Shown here: piece after piece, positions 63,060 through 64,000 of the stretch
How positions within the stretch are numbered: position 1 is the stretch's first letter
Layout: each line of letters begins with the position of its first letter
NCBI RefSeq assembly: GCF_018350175.1
Contig: NC_058377.1
Coordinates: 60,760,001 to 60,824,000 of the forward strand
Reading direction: 5' to 3'
DNA length: 64,000 nt
From: Felis catus
Taxonomy: Eukaryota
Notes under the pieces: generated by a model
Told to the model about the DNA's origin: nothing
Databases searched by the model: none
The model's input: only the letters and a program-made list of their open reading frames with translations
Translations under genes and position numbers: made by a program

Positions 63060-63118
63060 TATTAAACTGATAAGAACAGATTCTACACTTGATCTTAGCC
63101 AAAAGGCCGAGAAGCGAT
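63060..63118 (-). pseudogene. RNU2: U2 snRNA 5' fragment (about nt 1-59), tailless retropseudogene
   Basis: Reverse complement ATCGCTTCTCGGCCTTTTGGCTAAGATCAAGTGTAGAATCTGTTCTTATCAGTTTAATA is the U2 5' end with one mismatch. Flanked by the direct repeat ttaagcaaatgattt (63046-63060 and 63119-63133). Confidence 0.95.
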
Positions 63119-63384
63119 TTAAGCAAATGATTTAAATAGGCACTTCACAAAAGACAGTAGATGAATACACACGTGGAAAGTGCTCAGCATTGTTATTCAT
63201 AGGAAATAAAATACCAAATCACAGTGAGATACCAATATAAACTTTTTAGCATAACAAAAATTAAATACATTGACAACACTAAGTATTGGCAAAAATATGG
63301 GTCAATTGACACACTCAGGTTCTAAGTACAGCCACATCAGGAAACTTTTTGGCAATTTCTAATAAAGGTGAGCATCTCTCTTAA

Positions 63385-63588
63385 AAAAATTTTTTTAATG
63401 TTTATTTTTGAGAAACAGAGAGAGACAGCATGAGTGGGAAAGGGACAGAGAGAGACACACAGAATCCAAAGCACACAGAATCTGAGCTGTCAGCACAGAG
63501 CCTGATGCGGGGCTTGAACGCATGAACTGTGAGATCATGGCCTGAGCTGAAATTAAATGCTCAACCATCTGAGTCACCCAGGTGCCCC
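63385..63588 (-). mobile_element. CAN-SINE
   Basis: TSD aaggt(g/a)ag(c/t)atct. Confidence 0.85.
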
Positions 63589-64000
63589 CAAGGTAAGTAT
63601 CTTTTTGACCAAGCAATTCCGCTTATAGTTCATACCCCAAATAAGTGTTTTATATATGTACCAAAAGTGTCAAAGAATGTTTATAATAGCTGTATGTATA
63701 AACAGCTAAGATGTGAAAACAACTCAAATCTGTCAATTGGAGATTAAACAAATTTGCTACATTTATCCAATTGAATACTACTGAGCAAAGAAGGAAAAAA
63801 GAATAAAGAACTGGAAAAAAAAAAGCATATATAAAAACAATATTGTGAAATTTCAAAGTACCAAGGATAAGAAAAGTAGAACCTAATGCTTTAGAGTAAA
63901 GACCTGTAAAGAAAGACCAGAAAGTTTAATTTTGGTTTATACAAACCTAGCTATGAATAGGGGAGATTTGCTTGATAGTTTCTATATGCCAATTTGTATT

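Larger units (their letters stand above)
62400..63900 (+). mobile_element. Ancient L1M ORF2/3' relic hosting SINEs and the U2 retrocopy
   Basis: Degenerate ORF2-like text (aaagatttcttag, ttcatcaaaatttt, cacttcacaaaagac, cacagtgagatacca, tttgaccaagcaattcc). Confidence 0.6.

Noticed and set aside
2128-63616. Many short ORFs of the type MAQSVK...SLSLSQK or GRGRERGRHRI
   Set aside because: They are translations of CAN-SINEs.
1-64000. CRISPR arrays, tRNA/rRNA genes, or other prokaryote-type systems
   Set aside because: None seen. tRNA-like heads belong to CAN-SINEs, and the regularly recurring repeats are SINEs and segmental duplications.

Overview
Mammalian genomic DNA, almost certainly from a cat-family genome (young felid-type CAN-SINEs, carnivore L1 3' ends), inside the class I olfactory-receptor (OR51/OR52) cluster. 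It holds five single-coding-exon OR genes, all on the minus strand: an OR51F-subfamily gene (3586-4530), OR51F1 (16222-17178) and three tandem OR52R1 paralogues (A 29758-30702, B 41331-42275, C 54002-54934, the last with a nonsense codon removing 4 C-terminal residues). The main unexplained structure is the OR52R1 triplication. It is an old duplication (flanks roughly 80-90% identical by eye, with copy-specific SINE/L1 insertions) overlaid by a patchwork of near-identical tracts. Copy B pairs an A-type coding core with a C-type promoter/first exon, and several tract ends lie next to copy-specific insertions. Other observations: a duplicated CTCF-like site with its upstream motif, a 161-bp inverted templated insertion specific to unit C, a palindrome that may explain a stop-loss in OR51F1, a tailless U2 snRNA retrocopy, a 5'-inverted L1 without a TSD, and nested LTRs. 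There are four N gaps (10143-10296, 10597-10748, 24034-24177, 48130-48263). Repeat family names and human-orthologue comparisons come from recall, identities are by-eye estimates, and repeat boundaries are approximate.
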